Shown piece by piece: positions 1-12,850 of a stretch of 64,000 bases of DNA. The notes under the pieces are model-generated. The model ran no database searches, was not told the origin of the DNA, and worked only from the letters and a program-made list of their open reading frames with translations. The translations under genes and the position numbers were made by a program. Within the stretch, counting starts at the first letter, position 1, and each line of letters opens with the position of its first letter. The DNA is taken from positions 89,962,001 through 90,026,000 of the forward strand of contig NC_043000.1 in the NCBI RefSeq assembly GCF_006345805.1, written 5' to 3'. This DNA is from Octopus sinensis (lineage: Eukaryota).

Positions 1-7
1 TATATAT

Positions 8-546
8 ATGGAGGTGCAATAGACCAGTGGTTAGGGCAGCAGACTTGGGGTCGTGGGACTCGTGGTCAAGAAAGAGTACAGCAGGGTTCGCCACCACTCT
101 CTGCTGGAGCCTTGAGGAGCTTTAGGTGTTCTCTCTCAATAAACTCAATAAACACTCACAATGCTCGGTCTGGGAATCGAAACCGTGATCCCACGACCAC
201 GAGTCTGCTACTCTAACCACTTGTCCATTGCACCTCCACATGTGTGTGTGTGTGGAGGTGCAATGGACCAGTGGTTAGGTCGTGGTATCAAGGTTTCGAT
301 TGCCAGACCAAGCATTGTGTCTATTGAGTGAAAACACCTAAAGATCCACAAGCCTCCAGCAGGGAGTGGTCGCAAACCCTGCTGTACTCTTTCACAACTT
401 TCTCTCACTCTCTATTCCTGTTTCTGTTGTACCTGTATTTCAAAGTGCCAGCCTGGTCACACACTGTGTCATGCTGTGCTCAGTGAGCAGGCTGTTCCGT
501 TGATCGGATCAAATGAAACTCTTGTCATCATAACCGACAGAGTGCC

Positions 547-550
<4 letters not shown>
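8..550. mobile_element. Cluster of three tRNA-derived SINE copies or fragments (about 8-60 +, 62-241 -, 254-550 +)
   Basis: The head TGGAGGTGCAATGGACCAGTGGTTAG (A-box-like) occurs at 8 and 254 and is inverted at about 205-240. B-box-like GGTTTCGATT(C/G)CC is present, and the bodies share sequence (GCAGGGTTCGCCACCACTC / GAGTGGTCGCAAACCCTGC). Confidence 0.75.
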
Positions 551-587
<37 letters not shown>

Positions 588-756
588 ATATTTAACAGAA
601 GCAACAGAGTTGTGGATTTATATAGCTGGTGAGAAATCACTTTTCATCACCAGATATATAAATCAACAACTCTGCTGCTTCTGCTAAATATTAATAAAAA
701 CACACCTACACTTATATTTTGAGTTCCAGTTTTCCTGTTTGCATCACAATATATAC

Positions 757-787
<31 letters not shown>

Positions 788-899
788 GGATTTACTGAGA
801 CATGAACACTAAAATCTTATAGAGTAAGAACAAGTTAGAAAGCATTTGCTTTAATTGTGTGCTCAAAGCACAGCTGGACAAGACCCTGTTTGCCAATAG

Positions 900-1600
900 C
901 ACTGTCCTACCTGCACTCACACACTTGTGAGACTACTTTGAAGAAGGAAGAACAATGACTGGATATAATATAAAGAGTAGTGGAAGGATCCATGCTAGGA
1001 ATACTTTGTTGGTACACATCTGAAACAAGATAATTTGAGTGGAGTGAAGTGAAAGAGGAGATCATGAAATACTGAAAGCACAAGTTCTGCTGAGAACATA
1101 TTGCAAGGTTCATAAAGAGGTGGACTTATGGGGTTGTTATATGGCCTTGTGCTACATTTTCAGACCACATGTATTTTATTTACATGCGGTTTATTTTGAG
1201 GCCCACTGTTGAACTCTGTAACTCTTGTTGGTATGTTTTGCAGCTGATCTGAGGTTCCTGCAATGAGCAAGACATCATCTGAAAATTGGAGGTGCACAAG
1301 TAGTTCACCATTGATATTAATGCCACCTTCCCTATCAATGTCGCTAATGACCATTTCAAGACTTGCAGTTAAGACCTTTGGAAAGATAACATCTCCTTGT
1401 TTGATGCCATTCCAGACCAGAACTCTTACAGGTAGTGACAGTGGAGTTATATTATGGACACATGTTGATTTTGCCCCACTGAGAACTTTGATGTATTGTA
1501 CCTCAACTCATTGTACTTCCTGAGACTTCAGTACAGCTTTCACCTCATAACTATCAAAAGTCTTATCATAATCTACAAAGGGTTCCTTTCTGAGTACAAA
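900..1600 (-). pseudogene. Degraded RTE-clade LINE reverse transcriptase fragment
   Basis: Minus-strand translation gives VDYDKTFD...GIKQGDVIFPK...GININGELLVHLQFSDDVLLIAGTSDQLQ, matching RT motifs 3-5 of RTE elements, with stops. Confidence 0.75.
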
Positions 1601-1937
1601 AGAAAATACAAAGTACAATGAAAAATAGATTAAATCCGTTTTCAACTTACTGAGTAAATTTCATAGATGCCTTTTGTTCCCTCATCACACTCTCGTCGTA
1701 CCCAATGTCTATTTAGATATGCACACACACCATTGAGAACTTTACTAGAAAATTGATAATCTTCCCACTGTTTGGTATAAAATCGTAAAACATTTTCTTC
1801 AAGAAGAGATGTACTATCCTGGGAAAGAGAAAAAGATTTGCATTATTAACATAATTTGTTTTGATTTTTAAAACGAACTTAATTTCAGATAACAGGCAAA
1901 TATTTTCTTTATCTTAACCATTTATTGAATAAATACT

Positions 1938-2164
1938 TTAATCCTTTTAATGCCAACCCATTTGAGACCACACCTGGTTCTAAGATAGAAACGTCCTGTT
2001 TTAAAGTGATCTAAATGAAAACCTGTCAAAATTTCATGTTAATTTATATTCCAAACACCAACATAATAATGATAAAATTATTTTATTAAATCCTTTGTAA
2101 TTTTCAAAATTAATCAAAACAAGGCTAGTGTGTTTCAATAGAAATATGGTAACAAAAGGTTTAA
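1938..2164. mobile_element. TTAA-flanked (piggyBac-type) MITE, degraded
   Basis: Ends are TTAA-TCCTTT ... AAAGGT-TTAA. Homologous along its length to 25822-26039 (CCAACCCA..TGAGA.CAC shared). Confidence 0.55.
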
Positions 2165-2226
2165 ATATTCAGACAAAAATTTACTTTAAATAAATTTGCA
2201 AGAAAGACAAAGTGAGAAATGATTAC

Positions 2227-2404
2227 CTTCAGTAATTTTACCAAGTAACTTTTTAAGTACTCTTTCAGTCTTTTATAAAGTTCAAGGCCAACAAACTGGG
2301 CACCACAAGTGGGCTGTTTGCCCTTTTTACCAGCAGGTACCCGAGGTTGTTGACCTTGGGCTGTATTTGTTGGTTGTACACTAGTACAATAGTTGTAAAC
2401 ATAG
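2227..2404 (-). CDS. CUL1: Cullin-1, second coding exon
   Basis: Encodes (T)[59 protein letters not shown], matching human CUL1 HVYNYCTSV...[26 protein letters not shown]. Acceptor is TTTTTGTTCAG| at 2405 and donor AAG|GTAATC at 2226. The 178 nt are phase-compatible with the upstream exon. Confidence 0.96.
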
Positions 2405-2734
2405 CTGAACAAAAATTTAAGGAAATAAATATATTTCATTGAAATTTAATGTTATCAAAACAAATTTGATAAAGAGTCATGTAAATTCAAAGTACAAGCA
2501 TCATCCTCATCATTTTCAAGCTCAATATTCCACGTTTGCATGGTCAGACAGAATTTCTGAGGCAAATTTTTTATAGCTAGATACCTTTCATGATGGTGAT
2601 ACTCCTTTACAATCATTACATACATATATGTTTGTGATATACATACATATATACATACATATATACAAATACACACACACACATATATATATGTCCAGAA
2701 CACACACACACATATATATATGCTGTAGAGGAGC

Positions 2735-3520
2735 CAACAAGCTCCTCACATGATAGAAGAAAAGGTGAGAATCACTAAATTGGAGCTGGATGGAAATAAA
2801 AATAGTAGTGACAAGGTGTTAAAGTGACCTCTCAAGATACCCCGGTAAGGAGAAATGAGAGAGAGCAGAACAAGAGCAGTAGGTGGATAGAGATTGCAAG
2901 AATATAAGGGAGAGTGAAAGAGGGTTAGAGATAGGGAATGAGTAAGGAAGTGAATATCAGAACAAGTGTTGAAGGTTGATATGTAGGGAAGGCGGGAAAG
3001 AGAGCCGATTAGGTGGCAACCATAGAAATTGGGCAGGGTTGGGGGTTTGCTAGTAATACAAGAGTTAGGAGAAACAGGAGAGAGATGATAGACTGCACAG
3101 AAAAGAGGGTAGGATGGAGATGAAAAGAAACAGAATAGCAATAGTCAAGTAGACAGGGAAAGGAGAGAATATGGGGAAGGAAGAAGGGTGGGGAGAAAGA
3201 GATAAATGACATGTAGTTGGGCAAGTTGTAAGAATATGGAGCAAACCTAGTGAAATGGAAATGGGAGAAATGTATGGTGGAGGAGGAGAGAAAAACAAAT
3301 GGTTCAAGATGATCAATGTAAAATGTGGATGGAGAGGACAGATAACAAATGAAATGGTTCCAGGAAGTAAGAAGTGGTACTAGAAAAAAGATAGTGAAGT
3401 ATGCAGCTCTGTTCATAATTACAGCAGCAGAATAATGCATTATGGAAATGAAGTTTGGTGGGAACATCTTGACGAGAAAATTGGGCAGGATCTGGCAGAG
3501 GAAGGGAGTTTTGTGTGTGT
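2735..3520 (-). pseudogene. Highly degraded Penelope-like (Poseidon-type) RT N-terminal remnant
   Basis: Strongly purine-rich plus strand, like the PLE at 18.5-19.8 kb. Minus translation contains KPPTLPNFYG, resembling the PLE P.tp.FY.LPKIHK motif. Confidence 0.4.
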
Positions 3521-4859
3521 GTGTGTGTGTGTATCTTTTGCCTTCTTTTTTTTGCATCATTGCAGCCATGCTGGGGCACCGTTTTGAAGAATTTTTAGTT
3601 GAACAAATTAACCCCAATATTTAATTATTTTTTATAGCCTGCTACTTATTCCAATGGTCTCTTTTGACGTAAACACACCAACACTGGTAGTCAATTGGTG
3701 ATGGGGAGCAAACACTGACAGAAGGAGGCAAACACACACATACACACATATATGACTGAACCCATGTTTGGGAAGTAAGCTTCTTACCACACAGCCACAC
3801 CTGTGCCTGTGTATGTGAACAGACACACACACACACACTGTGCTTTCAGAATCAGTTTTGTTGGGCTGGGTGGGTCTTCTCAAGAACTACATATCACCAG
3901 TCATCTCAATTGTTTGTCATCTCCTTTGCACTTAAAACAATGGAATCAGTCAATGGCACAGACATGTAGTAGATCAAGATTCTGATGACAACCTCTTGTG
4001 GAAATAATAACTTCAGTATAAACATAATATACAATACAAGATTGTTCTGTCATTACATCCCTCTTCAACATGCAGATAATTATCTAACCATTTAAAGTAA
4101 ACAATCAATCAAGTTTCTATTGTTTCCTTGTTTTCCAACTGTTGAACAACTGAAAAAACGGAGTTATAACCAACTTTAAAATCACCAAAAGAAGGCGGGG
4201 CATCCAAAAGTCTTATTAATCTGTGAAATAATTACTGAAATTTATGGTTTTTATATTGTCAATAAAATTATGAAATTAACCAGTTGTTAAAGCCTTAAAT
4301 TGATTATCACAGCAGGCATTGCTGTATTGCTGTGTGATTAAGAAGTCTGCTTCCCAGTGATATGGTTTCAGAGTCCTGGGCTGAATGTGACTGGATTTGA
4401 CAGACAGAAACTAAAAATAGCCCATCATACAAGAAAGAGAAAGAGAGGGAGAGAGTATGTGTGTGCTTGTATGTATGTGAATGTGTGCATCTCTTTGTTT
4501 TGGCATCAGAGGATGGTTATAAACAAGCGTTGCTGTCATCCATACCAAAACACTTGTTTCCAGTCTTCCCTGCAAACATGTCCAGTCATGAGGAAATATT
4601 ACTTCGCTTGGAGCCAGGTGAGGGTTAGTGACAGGAAGAGCATCCAGCCAAAACAAATCTGCCTTAATGAATTCTTTCGTGACCTATGCAAGCATGGGAT
4701 CGTGGATGTTATGATAATGATGACATCCAATGTGTAATATTGGTTTCAAATTTTGGCACAAGGCCAACAATTTTTCAGGAACAAATAAAATAATAAAAGA
4801 ATTGAATGGAAACAAATGTTGGTTTCTATTTGATGAGGACTTTTTCATATTTTTTTTAT

Positions 4860-5390
4860 ATTCCAGTCATTGGACTGTTGCCGTGCTGGAGCACCACTTT
4901 ATCTTTTGTCAAACCACTAAGTTATGTGGGAGTAAACAAACCAACACCAGTTGTCAAGAAATGGGGAGAGACCAACACAAAGAGGCACACACACACATAC
5001 ATACATACAGCGGCGAGCTGGGAGAATCGTTAGCACGTCGGGCGAAATGCCGAGCGGTATTTCGTCTGCCATTACGTTCTGAGTTCAATTTCCGCCGAGG
5101 TCGACTTTGCCTTTCATCCTTTCGGGGTCGATAAATTAAGTACCAGTTACGCACTGGGGTCGATGTAATCGACTTAATACCTATGTCTGTCCTTGTTTGT
5201 CCCCTCTGTGTTTAGCCCCTTGTGGGTAATAAAGAAATAGGTATCCTCACAGTTTACACCTACCAAATTCATACACAAGACATTGGTTGGCCCAGGACTA
5301 TAATAGAAGAGATTTGCCTGAAATGCTGCACAGTAGGACTGAACCCGAAGCCAGGCAATTGCAAATGAAGCTTCTTAACCATACACACAC
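4860..5390 (-). mobile_element. CORE-type tRNA SINE interrupted by a second SINE
   Basis: The tail (CAGTCATTGGACTG..GCCGTGCTGGAGCACC) at 4860-5000 and the head half (ACAAGACATTGGTTGGCCC...GGACTGAACCC) at 5250-5390 flank the nested SINE at 5008-5243. Confidence 0.7.
5008..5243 (+). mobile_element. tRNA-derived SINE (family 2), young copy
   Basis: GGCGAGCTGGGAGAATCGTTAGC...GAGTTCAATTTCCGCCGAGGTCGACTTTGCCTTTCATCCTTTCGGGGTCG. Reverse-orientation copies lie at about 10310-10515, 49615-49755 and 58328-58575. Confidence 0.8.
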
Positions 5391-5988
5391 TTATACCTGT
5401 AGCTTAATAAATTAATATGATGCACAACAAAATTTTTATTTTTTTCCTTCTTTGGTCAATAAGTGTTATTTCATATTTGCTTCTATCTAGAAACTGCTTT
5501 TGTGACCTGGACATCAATGTTTCCAAACTGACATACTTTTCATTACATTTAAGACAGATTCAGTATCGAGCTGCTGGAACAGAAAAATTGTTATAGTAAA
5601 TATTCTGCTAAATACCACAGATTTGCTTGCCAGTTGCTTTACCTTAACCACATGAGCATACCCCTTAGCGGCTGACAATATGTGTATCTCTAATCAAGAG
5701 TAGGAGTGAGCAATGGGAAAGCATCATAGCTATGTGTTGAGAGGGATTCTTTGGGGTTCAAATAAATGTAACAAAAGCAAAGTTTGAAGGAAACATTAGC
5801 CATTTTTCATTACTTTCTTGAGGTAACAACAGTTGCTACCCAGGGACAAAAACCATGTTACACAGTGTAATTGATTCAAACCATTAGAATTCTGGATGTA
5901 TGAGATGGGAGCAATCACAAAATATTTTTGTTTCATTCTGCTTGTTTTGTTTTGTTTTTTTGTTATTTCTGTAAGCATTAAAGGATAC

Positions 5989-6131
5989 GTATACAGCTGC
6001 ATGTATCTGCCCTTAGCCATGCTCTCCTGTCTGTAAATCTGGTCAATACCTTTCTTGAGGTCATCCCAGATTTGATCGAGGTCAATCTGCCGTGGTCCAT
6101 GAGGGTTATTGTTCTTTGTTGGACTCGCCAT
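5989..6131 (-). CDS. CUL1: Cullin-1, first coding exon
   Basis: Encodes [47 protein letters not shown](T), matching human CUL1 [40 protein letters not shown]. Donor AC|GTATCC at 5988; 143 nt, phase 2. Confidence 0.96.
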
Positions 6132-6404
6132 ATCAAGGGATTTACAAAGCTGTTTCAGTTTAATTTTTTTAAAGTCAATAAGAAAGACAATGAGATGGGA
6201 AGTTCAATATCGAGAAACGACATTCGTTAGGAAATAATGAAAAAAAAAAAAAGAAAATTGGGGGGAAGTGGTTGGGCATTCAGCCCTAATCACAGAAAGA
6301 AAGGTGTGTCTTTGGAAGATGAAGAGAAGGCCTTGAAGGTAAATAATGGTAAAAAGTCCTGCTGAGACAGACAGAAGAGGATTCACACTGCACCATTGGC
6401 AACC
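6132..6404 (-). other. CUL1: Putative CUL1 5' UTR part of the ATG-containing exon
   Basis: Strong acceptor TTTCTTTTTTCTTTTCTTTTCAG| at 6405. An alternative acceptor AAACAG| lies at 6150 (see findings). Confidence 0.5.
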
Positions 6405-6666
6405 CTGAAAAGAAAAGAAAAAAGAAATTAATGCTTTATAAAATACAGAAAACTTTAATGAGAACATTTATAATTCTTCAGTATAATTCTATTATTGAAT
6501 ATGAAGTACCTAGTTTTAGTTCTTTGCAAAGCTTGTATAGGTTTTATATAAAACCTAACAGAAATACATACTGTTTTATATGAATTATTCCTTGTTAAAT
6601 AATTCCCTTATGAAACAGTGAGGCTCTGAACAGAGAAAGCTACAAGTAATAGCGCATAAATATTGG

Positions 6667-6857
6667 GTTATCCCTTTAGCATTTAAACTGGCTATATCCA
6701 ACCAAAATATTCTACCTGTTGCATTTATCCTACAAGATTATTCTAAAAATAAACTATCACGTAATTGAAATCTCAAAACTACAAGGTAAAACATGACTAA
6801 TTAAAATCAATGTGAATAAATAAGCCTTATATTTGATAGAGAATGCTGAAGGGTTAA
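6667..6857. mobile_element. piggyBac-type MITE
   Basis: Terminal inverted repeats TTA(T)CCCTTTAGCATT ... AATGCTGAAGGGTTAA. Confidence 0.55.
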
Positions 6858-7359
6858 GAAACCCTGTGAATAGAAAAAGTCAAAGGGCAGCCTTTGACTT
6901 TTTCTCCCCAAAGGATTCTTTGCATTATCTGCTTCAAGTTTTACTATTCCAAAAGGGAATAATTTCACATTCTCTTGAAGTTTCTAATTTCTTATTCCTT
7001 GTTAGTTTTAAAGAGTTTTCATATATTTTTATCTGCATTTTGTAGGAATATGAAGGCCATAATTGGTATTGAAACATCTAGCAAGCACAACTTCCATTCC
7101 TGATTGAGTCATCTTGAACAAGCAAAGAGTCACATGTAATCAATAACCAAGACTGATTAGTTCAATAAAAATAAGGTCTTTGGTGGTGACCCAACAATCT
7201 ATTATTATAAACTGCATATCAACTGCTTATTGTTTTATGAAAAAGATTTTACACATGGATGCCCTGCTTACTGCTTAAAACTGCACATCAAATGTTACGT
7301 ACGTTAACAACCAGATAGGTTGCAAGAAGTAGAGCAATAGATATTCTAAGTATTTATCT

Positions 7360-7737
7360 TTTATCCATTACTTGTTTCAGTCATTTGACTGTGGCCATGC
7401 TGGGACACCACTATGAGAGGTTTTCATGGAACAAATTGATCCCACGACTTATTCTTTTAAAGCCTAGTATTTATTCTGTCGGTCTCTTATTGCCAAGCCG
7501 CTAAGTTCTGGGAACATAAACACACCAACACTGGTTTGTCAGGCAGCGGTGGAGAACAAACACACACGCACACACATACAACGGGCTTCTTTCAATTTCT
7601 GTCTACTAAATCCACTCACAAGGTTTTGGCCAGCTCAAGAGTACAGAAGACACTTGCCTAAGGTGCCACGCAATGGGACTGAGCTCAGAACCATGTGGTT
7701 GGGAAGCAAACTTCTAAATGCGCAGCCACACCTGCAA
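7360..7737 (-). mobile_element. CORE-type tRNA-derived SINE (family 1), near full length
   Basis: The reverse complement begins GCAGGTGTGGCTGCGCATTTAGAAGTTTGCTTCCCAACCACATGGTTCTGAGCTCAGTCCC and contains CORE-like GGCACCTTAGGCAAGTGTCTT. Further copies at about 3612-3805, 4318-4565, 8541-8893, 9497-9825, 14047-14430, 15673-15830, 24270-24495, 34515-34920 and 60080-60270. Confidence 0.8.
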
Positions 7738-10220
7738 CTATAATATTACATACAACCTCACAACATTAATTTCATTTGAAAACTGAATAAGAATAAAACT
7801 GTAAACTAATTAGAAGTTAACTTAGTAAAACAAATACTAAATAATGTTTGAGTCAATTACATTGAATTTAACATTGTCAATGCCATTGTCTCTATAGAAG
7901 CCATTCAACCAGCATCACAAGTTTGTCACATTTAAATAAATGTATGATGAAATAGAATCCAGAAAATAGAACAGAAAAATATAATGAATGATACCATGTG
8001 GAAATATTAGCTTACAAAATAAATAAGAATAGTTTACCTCAGTGATAGCGAATGGCAGAGAAAGGGATAATGCACAAAAGGCAATGTAACTTCACAAAAA
8101 ACAGCTCAAAATTCAAACATTTCCAAACTGTTTGAGAACATCCAACACACTCTATAATTAATGCGATAAATGACCTAGATTTTTAAGGAAAGGTTGTTGT
8201 TTTCTTCTAGTAAGACTGACAAAAACATTCTGATTGCTAGGCTAATTATAATGAGAATGTTTCGTCAAGGAATTACAAGCTTTGTGAGAAAAGCAAAGTG
8301 AAATTTCAGAATAAAAAAGAATAGCCCGACTTTGAAACACTTCAAAGGACACTTAAAAATAGTTAAATTGGGAATATGAATTATATTCACGCACAAACAT
8401 CTCAGCTCCAACAACGAAAATACATTTGGCAAGAGTTCAACAATGAAAGTCAGATTTTCTCTCAGTCTTTCTAAAATTTGTAAAAGGAAGAAAAAAGTAC
8501 TCTGAAAATGCAGTGGCTGTCACAAGTTTATGTTTTCCTTTACTTGTTTCAGTCATTGGACTGCAGCCATGCTTGGGGCACCATCTCGAAGGGTTTAGTC
8601 AAAGTTCTGATTTTTTTAAGGTATTTATCCACTAAATCTCTTTTGCCAAGGAATGTAAACAAACTAACACCAGTTGTCATATGACAGTGAAGGGGAACAA
8701 CATAAACACAGACATTAATACAAATACATCTGCAAATACCCATATATACACACGACAGGCTTCCACACAGTTTCCATCCATTGAATCCACTCACAAGACA
8801 TTGGTTGGTCTGAAGTTTTAGCAGAAGACACTTGCCCAAACAATGGGATTGAACCCCAAACCACATGTTACATAGCAACCTTAACCACATAGCTATTATA
8901 TTCTTTTTCAAAAGGTCTCTTTTTTTTTTTTTTTAGTTTAAGAGTTTTAACTAGAAAATGCTAATTAAAAAAAAAACACTGTATATTCAATGTCATTTTT
9001 TCTTTTACCAGTGTTCTTAATTATGTATTTATTTAGGTAATCAAACATTAAATAAAGCAAAGAAAGTAAAAGAAAAAAATTAGATTAAATTGCAACTTTA
9101 CTCAACTTTTCAGCTACCTATCTACCTCACTAGCCAGCCAGCTGGTCACAGGAAGAACAGAATCAACTTAAAACAGTCAACAAGATTATTACTCTTCAAG
9201 ACAGACAAGATACTACAAGGAATATTTAACAGGAAACTATGCCAGCTAGGAAATATACCAATGTAATAAAAACAGAATATAATAACAGATGTTGATAAGA
9301 ATATATTAAAAAAACAGATAAAAAAATACACTACATTAATATCTTAACATGCTTCGTTTGGAACCTTGCTTCAGTCAAACCAAAGGAGCTATCTCATTTA
9401 TATTCAGTACAAGTACTATAACTAACTTGGCTAATTAGCTTTGATAATTATAAGAATCAGATTTATTTTGGTAAACTAGATTCTTTTATTCTGTTCTTTT
9501 ACTTGTTCCAGTCATCTGACTGCGGCCATACTGGAGTATTGCCTTGAAGTGTTTCTGTCAAACAATTCGACTCCAGGACTTATTTTTAAGCTTGGTACTT
9601 ACTCTATCAGTCTCTTTATCAACCTGCTAAGTTATGGAGACACAAACACACCAATACCGGTTGTGAGGTGGCATTGGGGGAGGGGACAAACACAGACACA
9701 CATTCAGGTTTCTTTCAGCTGCCGTCAATCAAATCCACACTAGCCCAAGGTGCCACGCAGTGGGATTGAACCCAGAACCATGTGGTTGAGAAGCAAGCTT
9801 CTTACTACACAGCCAGGCCTGAACCTGCATGTGTTTTATTTCTAAATCTGTTTATACAAGTTACATTTACAACAGTATGTCTAGGACACCTTGAAGGTAG
9901 AGTCACCCAATTTCTGAATTTGATATTAATGAAATTTTCTTAACCTTACTATTTTTAAAAAAGCAACCACACAGAAAATATACCATTGACAGGTGTGTGC
10001 ACACTTACTTTTATTTTCTTTCTCTACTATCCTGCACCAAAGCCCTATCAGTAATGATATAAGTATTATGCAAGCCAGGTTCATAACTAACTTAGTTTAC
10101 CTCCAGATGTAGTCATTTCATTTCATGCTGTTTAGACTAAGGTCAACTCAGAGAGCAAACCTATGATCAAAGACCCTCTAACCATAACAAATCAGTCTTT
10201 TTATACATATAATATCAGTC

Positions 10221-10276
<56 letters not shown>

Positions 10277-11679
10277 TCTTTTTATATATGTATATATAAT
10301 ATTGATTTCAAATTTAGGCACAAAGCCAGCAGTTTTAGAGAAGGGGCTAAGTCAATTAGATCAACCCCAGTGTTCAACTGATATTTATTTTATTGACCCT
10401 GAAAGGATGAAAGTCGAAGTCGACTTTGGCAGCATTAAAAATCACAACATAAAGATGGACAAAATTCCACTAAGCATTTAGCCTGGAGTACGAATGATTC
10501 TGCCAGCTTACTGCCTTATACATACAACTAATATTAATCAATATATTCAGCTATTTTTTCAAGATGCAGTATGACTAGATGGTTACAAAGGTCACTTTTC
10601 ATTTGTAAGGGCCAAGATTTGATCTCAATGCATAGCATCTAAAACAAATGTCTTTTAGTCTAACCTCAAGTCAACTAATACCTTGTGAATGAAACATGGT
10701 AGACGGAAACTGTGTGGAAGCTGGTTTGATGGATTGTACCTCTAATTTAAAAAGGTCCAAACTTGACACACATTGCATCAAGCTGATTTTGCTTTTAAAA
10801 GTACACAATTTTGTGGAATACTCAGTCACTTATTCAACTTGAATAACTGAAAACTTCCCACCCAACCCATGTGAGCACAGACACAAGACAAATGAATATA
10901 TATATAAAACTAAACCCTTATCACATGTACTGGATAAGCTGTGGTGACCAGAGATTGCTATATAGGATGTGCTGAAAACACTGAGGAGGAGAAGGCCCTA
11001 TGGTGTGAAGACACATGGGAGAAGGCTCTGCAGTGTGATGAATGGCACTGATCACTCAAACAAATAATTCTGACCATTGAGGAAAAATATCAAAGGGAAT
11101 ATGAAAGAGCACATGAGAGGCATCACTTTTCTGTTGCATCAAGTAACTTCACTTGCAACAGAAGTCATCGCTGCTACAGATTAAAAGCAGGCCTTGTAAC
11201 TCCTATGCAAGCTTGAACAACCTACAAAGGACAGCAAACAACAAATAATTCAAGAAAAATTGGTCTTATAAACCAAGAAAGAAAAACAAACATCACAAGA
11301 AACAAATGTTATCTCTATTGTAATATCCAATGAAATTGGTATTTGGGAGATTCCTAACAATCTCTTACACTTGAACTGTTTCAAAAACAACAATATTCTG
11401 CTTTCCTGTCTATATCTTTATATCCTGTGTTTTCCACTCAGCTCAAATGCACATCATCACACCCTTATCAATCATCATCTTATTGTTGAAATAAGACAAA
11501 GAGCACTTGTTAAAAAATAAAAAGACACTAATAGGATATTAAAAAGAAAAGAGAAAAAAAATAATTAAAAATGAGATCTAAATAGTCTAAACTTATATCA
11601 AGAAAGCCATTTCCTTTTGTTAGAACAGGACAGGAGACATCATTTTGTTGTTAAGATCTATGATGTAAAACATGTCCTT

Positions 11680-12090
11680 CACATTAGACAGTGCATACTG
11701 TAGCAGTGAAGACAATGTAAGGTAGCAGCTATGTAAGGTAACACAGTACACACAGCAGAAATGAAAGTTAGTGTACACAACAGCAATGATGTGTAAAACA
11801 GTGTACACAATATCAATGAAAGGTAAGAATGTACAAAACAGCAGTGAAAACTAAAACCGTATAGAGGCAATAAAAACTAAGAAATTGTATACAGAGCAAA
11901 GGACTAAACATATAACAATATATTGTAAGACAGTGTGTACAACAGCTATAAAGAGTACACAGTAATTATATGTAATGTAAAGAGTAAGACAGTGTATATA
12001 AAAGCAATAACAAGAGAGTATATAGAGACGAAAAGGAGTAACAAAGTATCTTCAGCAGTAGTAGGTCAGTGTACAAGCAATCTTGCTAAC
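11680..12090. repeat. Degenerate A-rich tandem repeat, period about 28-30 bp
   Basis: Recurrent ACAGTGTACA(C)AACAGC(A/T)ATGAA-like units. Confidence 0.5.
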
Positions 12091-12850
12091 AACTAAATGT
12101 TAATTAAATTGATACATTTATTATGCAATCCAAGATAACAATAAAGAAAAATAAGACAGGGCAGTGGAGTCAGAATTAGGAAATAATTAGTTGCAATGCC
12201 TTGTTTATCAACTTTCACTAAATGCAAAATTTTCTAATTTTAGATACTAATTTGACTTCCATGGAAAACTAACTGGTGGAAGTAATTCTGTTTCTAAGAT
12301 CATTATCATCAGAATCAATTAATGTTCACTTTTCCGTGCTTGCATGTATCTGATGAAATTTCCATGGCCTGTTTGCCCTTTCTGTCACCAACTAAGGTAA
12401 TATTTACTCTTGACCAGACATTGTTTCACAGAAAACTAAAAACAAACACTGCTTGTACAAGTTTCACTTGTTAACAACTATCATGTGATATCGAGACAAG
12501 GGTACACACACACGGAGAATTTTTCATTTTCCATCTTTCAAAATGCACAGACAACGCCTTAGGTCAGCCCAGCAAACTTCTCAACCACATAGCCATGCTT
12601 CAGAAAATTTGGGATTTGAATTTCTGATTGAATGCCTATTCTATAGATAGAATGGAATGTTTTTTAATATAATTTATGAAGATAAACTTGTCGTTTCTTT
12701 ACAATTCTTATCTCATTTAAAGTAATCATTTAGGCTACTTTCACTTCAGTTTTATATCCCAACAGTACTTTAATCTCAAAAAGGAAGTGTTATATATCCA
12801 ACCAAGATTATTTCTTTTAAAATGGTCATTAGTTAAGTTGCTTTAAGGTC

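Noticed and set aside
254-330. tRNA genes at SINE heads
   Set aside because: A- and B-box-like motifs are present, but there is no complete cloverleaf and the heads continue into repeat bodies.
1-2226. Third CUL1 coding exon (DGEDLMDE...YLNRHWV in human)
   Set aside because: No matching minus-strand translation was seen; it must lie beyond the left edge.
8038-8104. Possible CUL1 5' UTR micro-exon (AG...GAG|GTAAAC)
   Set aside because: Splice-like signals only, with a weak acceptor; common by chance in AT-rich DNA.
10101-10160. Second possible UTR micro-exon (TAG|...GAG|GTAAAC)
   Set aside because: Same reason; no independent support.
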